Assembly (NCBI GenBank): GCA_963691875.1
Contig: OY829846.1
Span: 2,496,001 to 2,560,000 of the forward strand
Length of the DNA stretch: 64,000 nt
Direction: 5' to 3'
Source: Aureliella sp.
Lineage (GTDB): Bacteria > Planctomycetota > Planctomycetia > Pirellulales > Pirellulaceae
Shown piece by piece: positions 1-9,326 of this stretch. The position numbers were made by a program, and so were the translations under genes. Below the pieces are notes generated by a model. It was not told the origin of the DNA and ran no database searches. It saw nothing but the letters and a program-made list of their open reading frames with translations. The stretch's first letter is position 1, and every line of letters begins with the position of its first letter.

Positions 1-883
1 CAACATCAATATCAGGGCAATGACGACGTATCTGTTCGACGTTGATATTGTTCGCCCCCAACTCTGCAATCACGATCATCGTCGGATGATACGGATCGAT
101 TTCCTTGATTGCTTTTGCAGCCGAATTGATGGCTTGCCAAGGTTTGTCGTCGCCGGAGTGTCCCGTTTCGACTTCGTTTCCGACGCCCCAGAATAGTAGT
201 GCTGGATGGTCCTTGTATTTCTTGACCGCAGCGACCAAGTCATCCTGCTGTCGTTTAACCACTTCTGGCTTGTGATAGTTAAAGCCGTGTCGCGGATGCC
301 CCATCCAGTAGCCAAGCGATACGGACATTCCGTGTTCATAGGCTCGATCAAGTAAGTCTGGCGTACCCTTTCCGATGCCCCACGTGCGGATTGAGTTCGC
401 GCCAAAGTGCACCGCTGTCGCGAGGTGTTTATCGCCGCCAACGCCCTTCACGAAATAGGGTTTGCCATTGCGGAGCAATTGCCAGCGCTGGTCGCCTTTC
501 CGAGCGAACTGGACTTTCGACGGGCTATCTTCGTAGCCGCGCTCGCTGGGGGCCACCTTTGCGTTGGGTTCTTCCTGCGGTTTGGCCATAGCAACCACAG
601 ATTTCTGATTTTCCTCCGCAGCTTGCTCCTTGGTCTCGTCACCCCTCGGTTCTTTAATTGCCTCTATGGGTTCAGTGACGGGTATTGCGGCTGTTTCGGC
701 CGTCGGCTTGATGCCAATCGATGCATTCTCTACTTCAACGTTCTCTTTTGACAGATTCGAAACCAACGTTCCTCGACTAGGCTTTACTTCGGAAGCCATC
801 ATCACGTAACGACCAATGCTCAGCCCAACGATTGCCAGGCCGACTACGTTGAGAATTGGAAAGAGGTTATTTGTTGCTTTCAT
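1..883 (-). CDS. Glycoside hydrolase, GH2-like TIM barrel with N-terminal membrane anchor (3' end runs off the window)
   Basis: Absent from the ORF track because it is open at the edge. Manual translation from ATG 883: MKATNNLFPILNVVGLAIVGLSIG (hydrophobic), an acidic linker, then NGKPYFVKGVGG, GANSIRTWG, KYKDHPALLFWGVGNEVE (clan-A NE acid/base motif), EIDPYHPTMIVIAE. Confidence 0.8.
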   Translation of the reverse strand, partial: MKATNNLFPILNVVGLAIVGLSIGRYVMMASEVKPSRGTLVSNLSKENVEVENASIGIKPTAETAAIPVTEPIEAIKEPRGDETKEQAAEENQKSVVAMAKPQEEPNAKVAPSERGYEDSPSKVQFARKGDQRWQLLRNGKPYFVKGVGGDKHLATAVHFGANSIRTWGIGKGTPDLLDRAYEHGMSVSLGYWMGHPRHGFNYHKPEVVKRQQDDLVAAVKKYKDHPALLFWGVGNEVETGHSGDDKPWQAINSAAKAIKEIDPYHPTMIVIAELGANNINVEQIRRHCPDIDV

Positions 884-1344
884 GCTCGAATCTATTTCTT
901 CATTAAACAGGCAGTCGTTCTACCTTGACTGATGCATCGTAAGGTCCGTCGGAATTCGCAAGCCGTAGTCATCGATCAAATTCACCTTGAATGATCATGA
1001 TCCGGCATCGAGCGTTTCGCATCCGCGCTGTCGCCTTGCGCCGACCGAATCGATTTCAATCAGGATCTGATTCCAGCCTTCATTTAGTTGGACCACAACT
1101 CCTTCGCCGCTCCACCGTTGCTGAGGAGCCTCGATGCCGTTGCCCCACGTGATGGCTGGCCAATCCTCCCACGTATTCTCACATTTTTTGGTTTTTTTGG
1201 AAGAAAAAAACAAACACTTGATTAGCCGTGATCATAACGTTGCCGACGCATCGCCATTTAATTTTCTCCCCAGGCTTATGCCCACCAGCACAGCTTGTTG
1301 CAGACATCGAACGAGATAAAGAAGAGTGCCGACGTTAAGTCACC

Positions 1345-1383
1345 GTACTCGTACTCAGCAACTCGTTACGAGTACTCGTACTC
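1345..1383. repeat. Short intergenic repeat, two copies of GTACTCGTACTC
   Basis: Direct copies at 1345-1356 and 1372-1383; resembles the GAGTACGAGTAC-type interspersed element I recall from Pirellulaceae intergenic DNA. Confidence 0.6.
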
Positions 1384-1758
1384 TCGAATCGCGGCACCGT
1401 CGAAGGCCCCAAATCCGCCAGCTTCTAGCGCGAAGTCTTTGGTCACGTGTGTGACTTTTAGGTGGGGGCGATTCTGATGATTGTTGAGCTGTAGTGAATG
1501 GCCACAATTGCTTCTTCCTGGCGAATCTGATGTGAACTACAAGAAAGGCTTGCAAGAACATCCGCACGCAGAGATAGCAAGTTCAGCTAAGAAATGTTTC
1601 GGACGGCTCACCACATGGGTCTTCAGAGGCAGAGAACCGCGATAGACGTTAAGTATCCGAAAGCAGCGGGTTGGTGCTGCGACTGGTACCAATTGGCGGG
1701 CCGGACTTTTGAAAAAAAGGTGCACGGTCGCGGTGAAGGAAATGCTTTAGGAAAGAAA

Positions 1759-1792
1759 CGTCACTGAGGCTTGGGGGAAAGCCCCAGTGACG
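1759..1792 (-). terminator. Hairpin downstream of the DUF1559 gene
   Basis: CGTCACTGAGGCTT / AAGCCCCAGTGACG near-perfect stem, followed by TTTCTTT on the minus strand. Confidence 0.6.
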
Positions 1793-1815
1793 AAGCTGCG
1801 GATTGAATGATTTTC

Positions 1816-2868
1816 CTACTGGTAGTCGCCAAGTAGTACTTCATTGTCTCGCATTCCGTTAAGACGCAGCCATTCCTGCTTGTCAATATTGACACTTAGA
1901 CCGAATACGGAACCGTCAACTCGTACAAACTGGACGATCCCGGTGTGATAGCTGTTAAAGGCAACGCGAATGTCGTTTCCAGGCGACCAGACTTGGGATG
2001 TTGAAGCAGCCAGTGTGGGCGCTGAAATCCATAACCAGGTCGAATGCCGCCCATTCGAAGAACCGCCGTGTGATTCACCAATCGACAGAGTGTTTGAAGT
2101 TCCGTCAGTGACGTGAGCCAGCTTCGTCTTCGAGCGATTTCGGAAAACGCCTTCCCATTTCTTGTTGCTAACATCGGGTCGACCATGGCAGCCAACGTAG
2201 GTTGTACGGCCATCGTTGGCTCGCGCTGCCCAACCGGACGAGGTCCCACGCCAAGTGGTCTGAATGATTCCAGCGCTCGGTGGTGCCGCGCCTCGGATGT
2301 GACCTCGAGACCAAACCATCGTGGGGGCCTTCGCATCAGACGGACACAGCAAACCAGGAATCTTGAACTGCGAGACTACCCAAGGCTGCTCGGCGTTTTG
2401 GAGCGTCGCCGCGGGTAATGTACTAAACCAGCGGAGGTCTTCCCCTGACTCGGAAAAGCGGTCGAGCCGCAGCAAATGACTGGGAAACTGGTTCTAGATG
2501 TTGTTCAACTCCATGAAGGGAAATAGGTTGATCATCATTCCGTAGAATTGATCGCTGCTTTGGAACGGGGCGGCGTAGGGATCGTCTCGACGTGGGCCAA
2601 GATATCCGGGGGGGAGCCGCTTATAGGCAGACTCGAAGTTCAGCGTTGCCAGTCCAAGCTGCTTCAAGTTGTTTTGGCAGCTCATTCTTCGAGCCGCTTC
2701 GCGGGCAGCTTATACGGCGGGCAGCAAAAGCCCGACCAAAATCCCGATGATTGCAATGACGACTAGAAGTTCGACCAGCGTGAATGCGGATCGCCGCTGC
2801 CCAGCAAATGACGCGATGCCTTGCTCGCTATTACCATGCTGCGCACAAATGTGCTTTTTCAAAAACAT
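1816..2868 (-). pseudogene. DUF1559 / prepilin-type N-methylation domain protein with two in-frame stops
   Basis: ATG 2868 with GGAGAG upstream; [46 protein letters not shown] (TAA 2710-2712 replaces the conserved Q); MELNNI*NQ (TAG 2494-2496); C-terminal DGTSNT and FNSYHTGIVQFVRVDGSV; all in one frame. Confidence 0.9.
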
Positions 2869-3229
2869 GAATCTCTCCCAACTCAAGTAAACAATCAGAT
2901 CGCGAGAACGGACAAGGAGCGAACCGACACTTGCACCGCAAAAGTGCAGGGATCCGATGTCTAGCGATCAAAAAATTTACTTCTCATTGTCAGAGAGAGT
3001 GCGACTGAGAAGTTTCAACAGATTAGCGGAGAGGCATGAAAAAGCAAGCTCTTTTCGAGCTTTCTCGATTTTCGGCTGCAAGTCGGGAAGATTCGCGGGC
3101 TGGCGGCAACCCTATCTAAGTGAGCTCGGCTTACGCTTATTCCTCAGGCGTCCCGAGCGGCGAAAATGCGCCATTCAGCCATTCTTGCTCGCATGTAGAT
3201 CTAATGTCTCTTGCACACCTCGAAGCTTA

Positions 3230-3245
3230 GAGTACAACCGTACTC
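3230..3245. promoter_or_regulatory. Candidate BlaI-type operator GAGTAC-AACC-GTACTC
   Basis: Perfect 6-bp inverted repeat with a TACAnn(C)GTA core similar to BlaI/MecI TACA-TGTA sites, between the divergent DUF1559 and blaI-like genes. Confidence 0.35.
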
Positions 3246-3474
3246 AGATGTCACGCATGAACACGAAACTGAAGCAACGCGAGACTGCCATCCGATCCAC
3301 CACTTTTGTGCATCGGGGCCGGAATAGCTGATGCACATGCGTGCTGGTGAGGTTGCTTTTTCGCTGGCAGATTTTTCTAGCTGGGTTGAGCCTTATACCC
3401 ACCTAGTGGCCCTGCTCCGCGATAGTTGCTCATTTGGTGGCTACTGCAAACTCAATTGTTCGGAGAAGGGTTCG

Positions 3475-3876
3475 ATGGAAGAGCATCGCCCGCGCATATC
3501 GAGAGGCGAGACTGAAGTACTGAAGGCGCTGTGGAATATTTCGCAGGGTAGTGTGGGTGATATCTACGACGCTGTAGACCCCAACCTGGAGATGGACTAC
3601 ACCACGGTGCAAACTTATGTTCGAAGGCTTGAAGCTAAAGGTTACTTGCATTCAAGTCGTCGAGGCAGACTCAAGATCTATTCCGCTGCCATTCGCCGCA
3701 GCCAGCTGGAGCGTGAGACGATTGATGACTTTGTGCAACGTATCTTCGACGGTGACATCCTGCCGATGTTTAAGCACATGGTTAGTGGCCGAGAGATAAG
3801 CAGCGAAGAAATCGAAGACTTAATGAAGATCGTCGAGGAACTCAAGCAAGATCGGGAGGATCGCGATGCTCACTAG
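3475..3876 (+). CDS. BlaI/MecI/CopY family transcriptional repressor
   Basis: ISRGETEVLKALW, YTTVQTYVRRLEAKGYL, DDFVQRIFDGD; start placed at ATG 3475 behind GGAGAAGG. Confidence 0.92.
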   Translation: MEEHRPRISRGETEVLKALWNISQGSVGDIYDAVDPNLEMDYTTVQTYVRRLEAKGYLHSSRRGRLKIYSAAIRRSQLERETIDDFVQRIFDGDILPMFKHMVSGREISSEEIEDLMKIVEELKQDREDRDAH

Positions 3877-5882
3877 CCTTACGGAAAATTGGCTATACGC
3901 ACATGTCATGCAGTTCACGTTAGTGTTCATTGTGCTGGGCTTGCTAGCGATGCTGATTGCTCGCCGCTGGCCGGCACTTGCCTGCCTGCTGCTAACGTTT
4001 GGGATTCTGAAGAGTCTATTCCCGCCGGTAATTACCAGCCCTACTGGAGTGTTTCCATGGCTTCCCACTTTGGCGGCTGAATCAACGCAAACTAGTTGGA
4101 AGAAATCGAAACTCGAGCACCTGCAAGCAGACAACCTTGCAGAGCAGGAAGACATGCGCTCCTGGCCGGGTGTGGGGCAGGACGACGCGTTGCCCTCAAC
4201 CAAACTTTTTGATTCGTGGCCATTGTTGGCAACCATCTGGGCGACAGGAGCAGCGGTAGTCCTGGTTCCCTCCTTAGTACAGTTTCGGAGGCTGCAGCAG
4301 ATTCTGGCCAAGTGCCAGGAAACGACTTCGGTGAACCTACTCAGGACGGTAGGGGAACTCACGAAGCAGCTGGGGATACGTCATCGAGTGCGCGTGTTGA
4401 TTTCAGACAGCAACGTTGGCCCAGGGTGCATTGGAGCGATCCGTCCTGCCCTGGTCCTCCCGCGGCTGATGCTGGAAGAGCTGCCTGACAAGTTTTTGCG
4501 TCCAATTCTGGTTCATGAGCTAATCCACACGCGACGCCACGACGCCTTATGGGGCTACCTCCAGTACGGAGCTCAAGTACTGTGGTGGTTCCATCCGCTT
4601 GTGTGGTGGATTGGTCGACAGAACCACTTGCTTTGCGAGCGGAGTGTCGATGCCGCGGTTGTGCGCAGGATGGGTTGCTCTCCTGCGGTTTACGGAGAGA
4701 GCTTAGTGCGGGTTTTAGAATTCAAACGTCGCCTCGGAAAGCTCCCACAGAGCCGCCGAATCTCTGCAGCAGAAATCACCTCACGTCGCCTAACCTGGCT
4801 CAAAAACACAGAAAAGAATCCTCCAAGCTGGAAGTGCTCGCAGTGCCTGCTGGTGTGTGCCGTTTTGCTTACGGTAACTTTGCTTCCCGGCATGCGTTGG
4901 TCGGATTCCTCGGATCAACAACTTCGAGATTTTGCCGACGGGCGTGACCAGATACTTGCGTGCCTTCAGGCACAGCAGTGGGGGCTGGCGGAAGACCTGC
5001 TGCAAGATGCACTGGCAGAAGCCCCAGCCGAGCCAGGTGCTCTGATGCTGCTTGGGTTTCTGCAGAACACACAAGAACGCAGCATGGAAGCACTTCACAA
5101 TTTTCGTCGCGCTACGCTGCACCCCGCAACGCGGCCTTCGGCCTTGTTCAACCGCGCCAAGATCTTGGCCTCACTTGGTCAGCACAATTCGGCACTGCAC
5201 TGCTTATGCCAAGCCTACGACTCAGGCTTCGTCTGCATGCATGATTTGCACGACGAGGAGGAATTAGAACCACTATTCAAACATCAACGCTTTATTTCGC
5301 TCAGGCAAGAATCCATGGATCGAGCGAAAACAATCTTGCAACAAGGCGATCGTCATTTGGTAACAACACTGTCTGGCTGGGCTGAGGCTTCTACCGAAGC
5401 GAAACTGGCGAGCAATGTCCATGGAGGCTACGCAAAAAACCTTAGGAACTCATTTTTCGATTCCAGCATGGACTGTAAAGCAGGACCGGAAAAAGTACGG
5501 TTTTGATTCTCAGGTCTGGGTTGGCCCAGAAGGAAGCGTAACAGAAGTCCAAGGAGCCATGCATGGCGAGAGCTTCCAGATGCTGGCGGTGCACTACGGT
5601 ATTTCGGGTAGCCGATCCATGCAACGCACTACGGTGAAATGCGACCGTAGCAAGGTTCTCAGTCAATTGGTTGAACTTTCGCTGGACCAAGGAGAACACT
5701 GGAACCCTGTCGCAAATCGCCATTACAGCCTACGCCCGGTGGATACGATCAACGGTAGCGGCAATACGATTACCCTGCCCAGAAACCCCCTAAAGAAAAC
5801 ACCGAGCCCAGATTCCAACGGAACGGGAAGCAAATCGCTGCAGCTTGATAAAGGCGCGTCGGTCTGCCTATCTAGTTCCTAG
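3866..5882 (+). pseudogene. BlaR1-type M56 metallopeptidase sensor with TPR and a C-terminal domain, probably frameshifted near 5480-5510
   Basis: VHELIH (HExxH), WWFHPLVW, CERSVD; TPR-like repeats (ALFNRAKILASLGQ, CQAYDSGF). ORF stops at 5506, but another frame continues with protein-like QVWVGPEGSVTE...ELSLDQGEHW to 5882. Confidence 0.65.
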
Positions 5883-6482
5883 TACCAAAGCCGAACCAAA
5901 CACTTATCAGAAACAGCCTACTCGATATTTTCCGATCACGATTGCCAAGGACCAGGTACCTTTGGCGAATGAATCAAGAGTCTTTTCACAGGAGGAGATT
6001 TTCTGGAAGAAAAATCAGCGCCGCTCACTGGGGAAAACCAAGCACTGCATATGCTGGGATTCCAGAGAGAGCCAGAGAGTACAGCAAGTGGATTCCAATT
6101 GTCTTCTTTGCATAACCTCGCAGACAAGCAGATTCAAACTTCCCGGCGCTGACTTTCTTCGCTTTATTGCTTTCTTCGCTTTATTGCTTCTAGGCAATAG
6201 CTTAGTTGTTCGACAAAGGTTGAACCGAAGGCCCTTAGCGAAACAATAAGCAAATGGCTAAGTTCAGATTTGCATTCAGACCCGGTAATTCACCCATTAA
6301 TCATACCGCTCTTAGGAGCGGTTGCAAACAAAAGTCGTGTTTTCCGATTTTCTCAGCTGGGTTCTCGTTCGCCCTTTAACTCTGCGTGTGATGTGGTTCA
6401 GTCCGGCATACCATACAATAGCCGCTTTAAATTCAGGGCCGGTGTTCTTTACGCGAGCACAATTCTTTGACGAGCTAACATC

Positions 6483-7700
6483 ATGGAGCGATTTCGTCTT
6501 TCTGCGATTTCCCCCGAGCAGGATTCTTTGACGCATGTAGCCCAGATTTCGGACGAGGATGCGAAAAGACTTCGTGCTGACATCACTCAAGCATGCGATA
6601 GGATGGAAAAAGTGTATCGCTCAGGCCGATACCTTAGGCTCTCAGTGACCAGAGGCTGGTCAAAACACAATCCAACGATTTCTGGCAAGATAGCCCGCCC
6701 GTCTGCATATCGATGGTATCTCAAGCGAGAACTTTTCCGATTGGCCAGCAAAGGAGCCGAAATTGAAATTGAGCCCGCGCAGGAAAGAGTCAGTCTGAAT
6801 TCGCCAGAGTTGCTCTCTCGAATCGATGAAGTTGGTTTCGATCACACGCGGAAGAAAGTTTTTCTGTTCGGCCCGGAGCGTTCTGAATTATCCATCCAAA
6901 GACTTGAGCATTACACTGGAACGCAACCCGAGCATTTTCAGCGATACGTGTTGCTGACGAACTATCAGATGCACATGGATGCCTTCGTCGCCATGTTTCC
7001 TGATTGCATCCAGAGTCCTTCCGGAGTGCAGATGCCGGCCTACCATCAGCGGACAGAAGAGAATGACGGTGTTAGCATCGTCAATATTGGAGTTGGTCCA
7101 TCGAATGCCAAGAACTTCACAGATCATTTGGCCGTGTTGAGGCCGGATTCCATGATCATGGTGGGACATTGCGCCGGAATTCGCAATCACCAGGAGATTG
7201 GCGATTTTGTTTTGGCATCTGGTTACATGCGGGCTGACCATGTGCTGGATGCGGCCTTACCTCGCTCGGTTCCACTCACTCCCAGTTTTTTACTCAATCG
7301 CTACTTGGCCGCAGTGCTAGACGAACGCAGTTTGCCTTATCGCCACGGAACGGTCTACACGACGGATGATCGCAACTGGGAACTGGCTCTCAGTCGAACA
7401 TTGGAAGATCTCAAGTCCAGCCGCAGCACGGCAGTCGACATGGAGTCTGCAACGGTGGCCGCGAATGGATTCCGATACCGAATCCCTTCCGCCACTTTAC
7501 TTTGCGTTTCTGACAAACCGCTGCACGGGAAGCCAAAACTCCCTGACTCAGCGAAGGAGTTCTATTCTGAAACTAAGCAACAGCACCTTGCAGTCGCTTG
7601 TGAAGCCATTGCTATAGCCAGGCGTGAATATGCTTTTGGCTTGCCAAACAGCGAGATCCGTGGGTTAGACGAACCACTGCTTGGAGGCCCCAACTCGTGA
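6483..7700 (+). CDS. amn: AMP nucleosidase
   Basis: RLEHYTGT..EHFQRYVLLTNY, QMPAYH, VNIGVGPSNAKNFTDHLAVLRP, GHCAG, TDDRNWE, AVDMESAT, LLCVSDKPLHG. Confidence 0.93.
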   Translation: MERFRLSAISPEQDSLTHVAQISDEDAKRLRADITQACDRMEKVYRSGRYLRLSVTRGWSKHNPTISGKIARPSAYRWYLKRELFRLASKGAEIEIEPAQERVSLNSPELLSRIDEVGFDHTRKKVFLFGPERSELSIQRLEHYTGTQPEHFQRYVLLTNYQMHMDAFVAMFPDCIQSPSGVQMPAYHQRTEENDGVSIVNIGVGPSNAKNFTDHLAVLRPDSMIMVGHCAGIRNHQEIGDFVLASGYMRADHVLDAALPRSVPLTPSFLLNRYLAAVLDERSLPYRHGTVYTTDDRNWELALSRTLEDLKSSRSTAVDMESATVAANGFRYRIPSATLLCVSDKPLHGKPKLPDSAKEFYSETKQQHLAVACEAIAIARREYAFGLPNSEIRGLDEPLLGGPNS

Positions 7701-8503
7701 ACATCGACACCGGTATCAGAGCCGATGGCTTTGGGTCTGCCCCTGATAACCATGAGACCGATGCGGAGGTTGCGATCGAGGTTCGTGATTTCCGCAAGGA
7801 GTACGATCAGACAGTCGCTGCAGACGGCATCTCATTTAACTTACCGCGCGGAACAGTGGGAGCACTGATTGGTCCCAACGGTGCCGGAAAGACAACGACG
7901 ATCCGGACCTTGTGTGGAATCATTCGCCCGACTTCCGGCAGCCTGCGAGTTGCTGGAATCGATGTCGAAAAAGAGACATTAGAAGTTAAAAAACGTGTTG
8001 CGTACGTACCTGACGATCCACCGCTGTTCGAAACACTGACAGTTTGGGAGCATCTGAAATTTATTGCGTCGGCCTATGCTGTTGCCGATTTTGAGGAGCG
8101 AGCTGGAGAGTTGTTGCGTGAGCTCAATCTGGAACAAAAGAAAACAGCACAGGCCAGCGAGCTATCGCGCGGAATGCGTCAGAAAGTAGCCATAGCTTGC
8201 GCCTACTTACACTCGCCGTCGATACTTTTCTTTGATGAACCGCTTACCGGGCTCGACCCAGCGGCGATCAGGCTGCTGAAACAAACGATGGTGGAGAAGG
8301 CTGAGGCTGGCGCGACGGTGCTAGTGAGCAGTCACTTGCTCGCACTGGTTGAAGACATATGCCGCCACATGATCGTGCTGCGCAGAGGCAAGTGCTTGTT
8401 TTCAGGCACGGTAGAAGAGGCGAGGAACTTGCACCCAGACACTCAATCACTGGAAGACGTCTTTTTTCGAATTACCGAAGGCGACCAAGCTGACGACGAG
8501 TGA
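7697..8503 (+). CDS. ABC transporter ATP-binding protein (exporter type)
   Basis: Walker A GPNGAGKTT, signature LSRGMRQK, Walker B FFDEP, H-loop SSH; GTGA overlap with the amn stop. Confidence 0.93.
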   Translation: MNIDTGIRADGFGSAPDNHETDAEVAIEVRDFRKEYDQTVAADGISFNLPRGTVGALIGPNGAGKTTTIRTLCGIIRPTSGSLRVAGIDVEKETLEVKKRVAYVPDDPPLFETLTVWEHLKFIASAYAVADFEERAGELLRELNLEQKKTAQASELSRGMRQKVAIACAYLHSPSILFFDEPLTGLDPAAIRLLKQTMVEKAEAGATVLVSSHLLALVEDICRHMIVLRRGKCLFSGTVEEARNLHPDTQSLEDVFFRITEGDQADDE

Positions 8504-9326
8504 TGAGTCAACGAAACGAGTGCTTGCCTTGTCGAATCCCGGCGTTACTGATAGTTCTAGGCATGTCCTCATAGCCGTTTGCGGAAGGTCTTCCTTTGCG
8601 TAGGTGACGCGAACCTTGTAGAGAAAGACTTGCTTGCACCAGACCAGCAGCTTCGAGACTTGCTTGCGTTTTCCGGCTTTCACTCGAAATCGAGCCAAAT
8701 GGACATACGGAGTTTTTCTACCTAGCCGGGTAGTACCCTCGCTTAGCAGCCTCTCCGTTTTCCAGCGTTTTCGATTTTCGAAATTCAGAATCGCGTGAGC
8801 CGGCCTCTTCATTTCCTCAGCCGCGCGTAATGACACGGCTAAGAGCATGGATATTCGAATAGAGTCAGATTGGCAACAAAATCATGAGATTAATCGACTA
8901 CGGATACTTCACCGTTTACTTCGGGAACTTCGACATAGCAACTCAACCAGCCAGGACGCGGCTTTAACTCCAAAGTCAGTTCCGCCGTTGAGGCACCAGC
9001 AAGATCTGCTGCACGACTCGGATCATCCCCACTAAACCGCCCCGCTGATTTAACGCCGTGTCAACCACACGAGAGCGGAACGAGACCGCACAGGGCCGCA
9101 TGGGAAGGAGGTGAGGACACGCGTCTCGAGAAAATTCCGAAGAGCAGGCATGTAGCGGCGAGGAGACGAAGAGCACAGGGAACAATTCTGTGCGGTGAAA
9201 GGCAAGCCACAACCGACGCCAAGAACTTTCCCTGCTGAGGTCGGTACAATGCCTCCGCGAGATAAATTACTATAGAGTCAGGAGTTCCCAACCCCGCCTT
9301 TCCTTTCCTCAAGCCTGAGCCCCCTT

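Noticed and set aside
905..1320. Possible degraded gene upstream of the GH2-like CDS (ORF 995-1213)
   Set aside because: Protein-like fragments (VVQLNEGWNQILIEID) but no recognisable family and no clear start.
1345..1383. CRISPR-like repeat
   Set aside because: Only two 12-bp copies with a 15-nt gap, and no cas genes.
5845..6470. ORFs of 134 and 66 aa before amn
   Set aside because: No recognisable motifs; probably non-coding or decayed sequence.
8847..9035. 62-aa ORF
   Set aside because: No motif or strong RBS; cannot be distinguished from a chance ORF.
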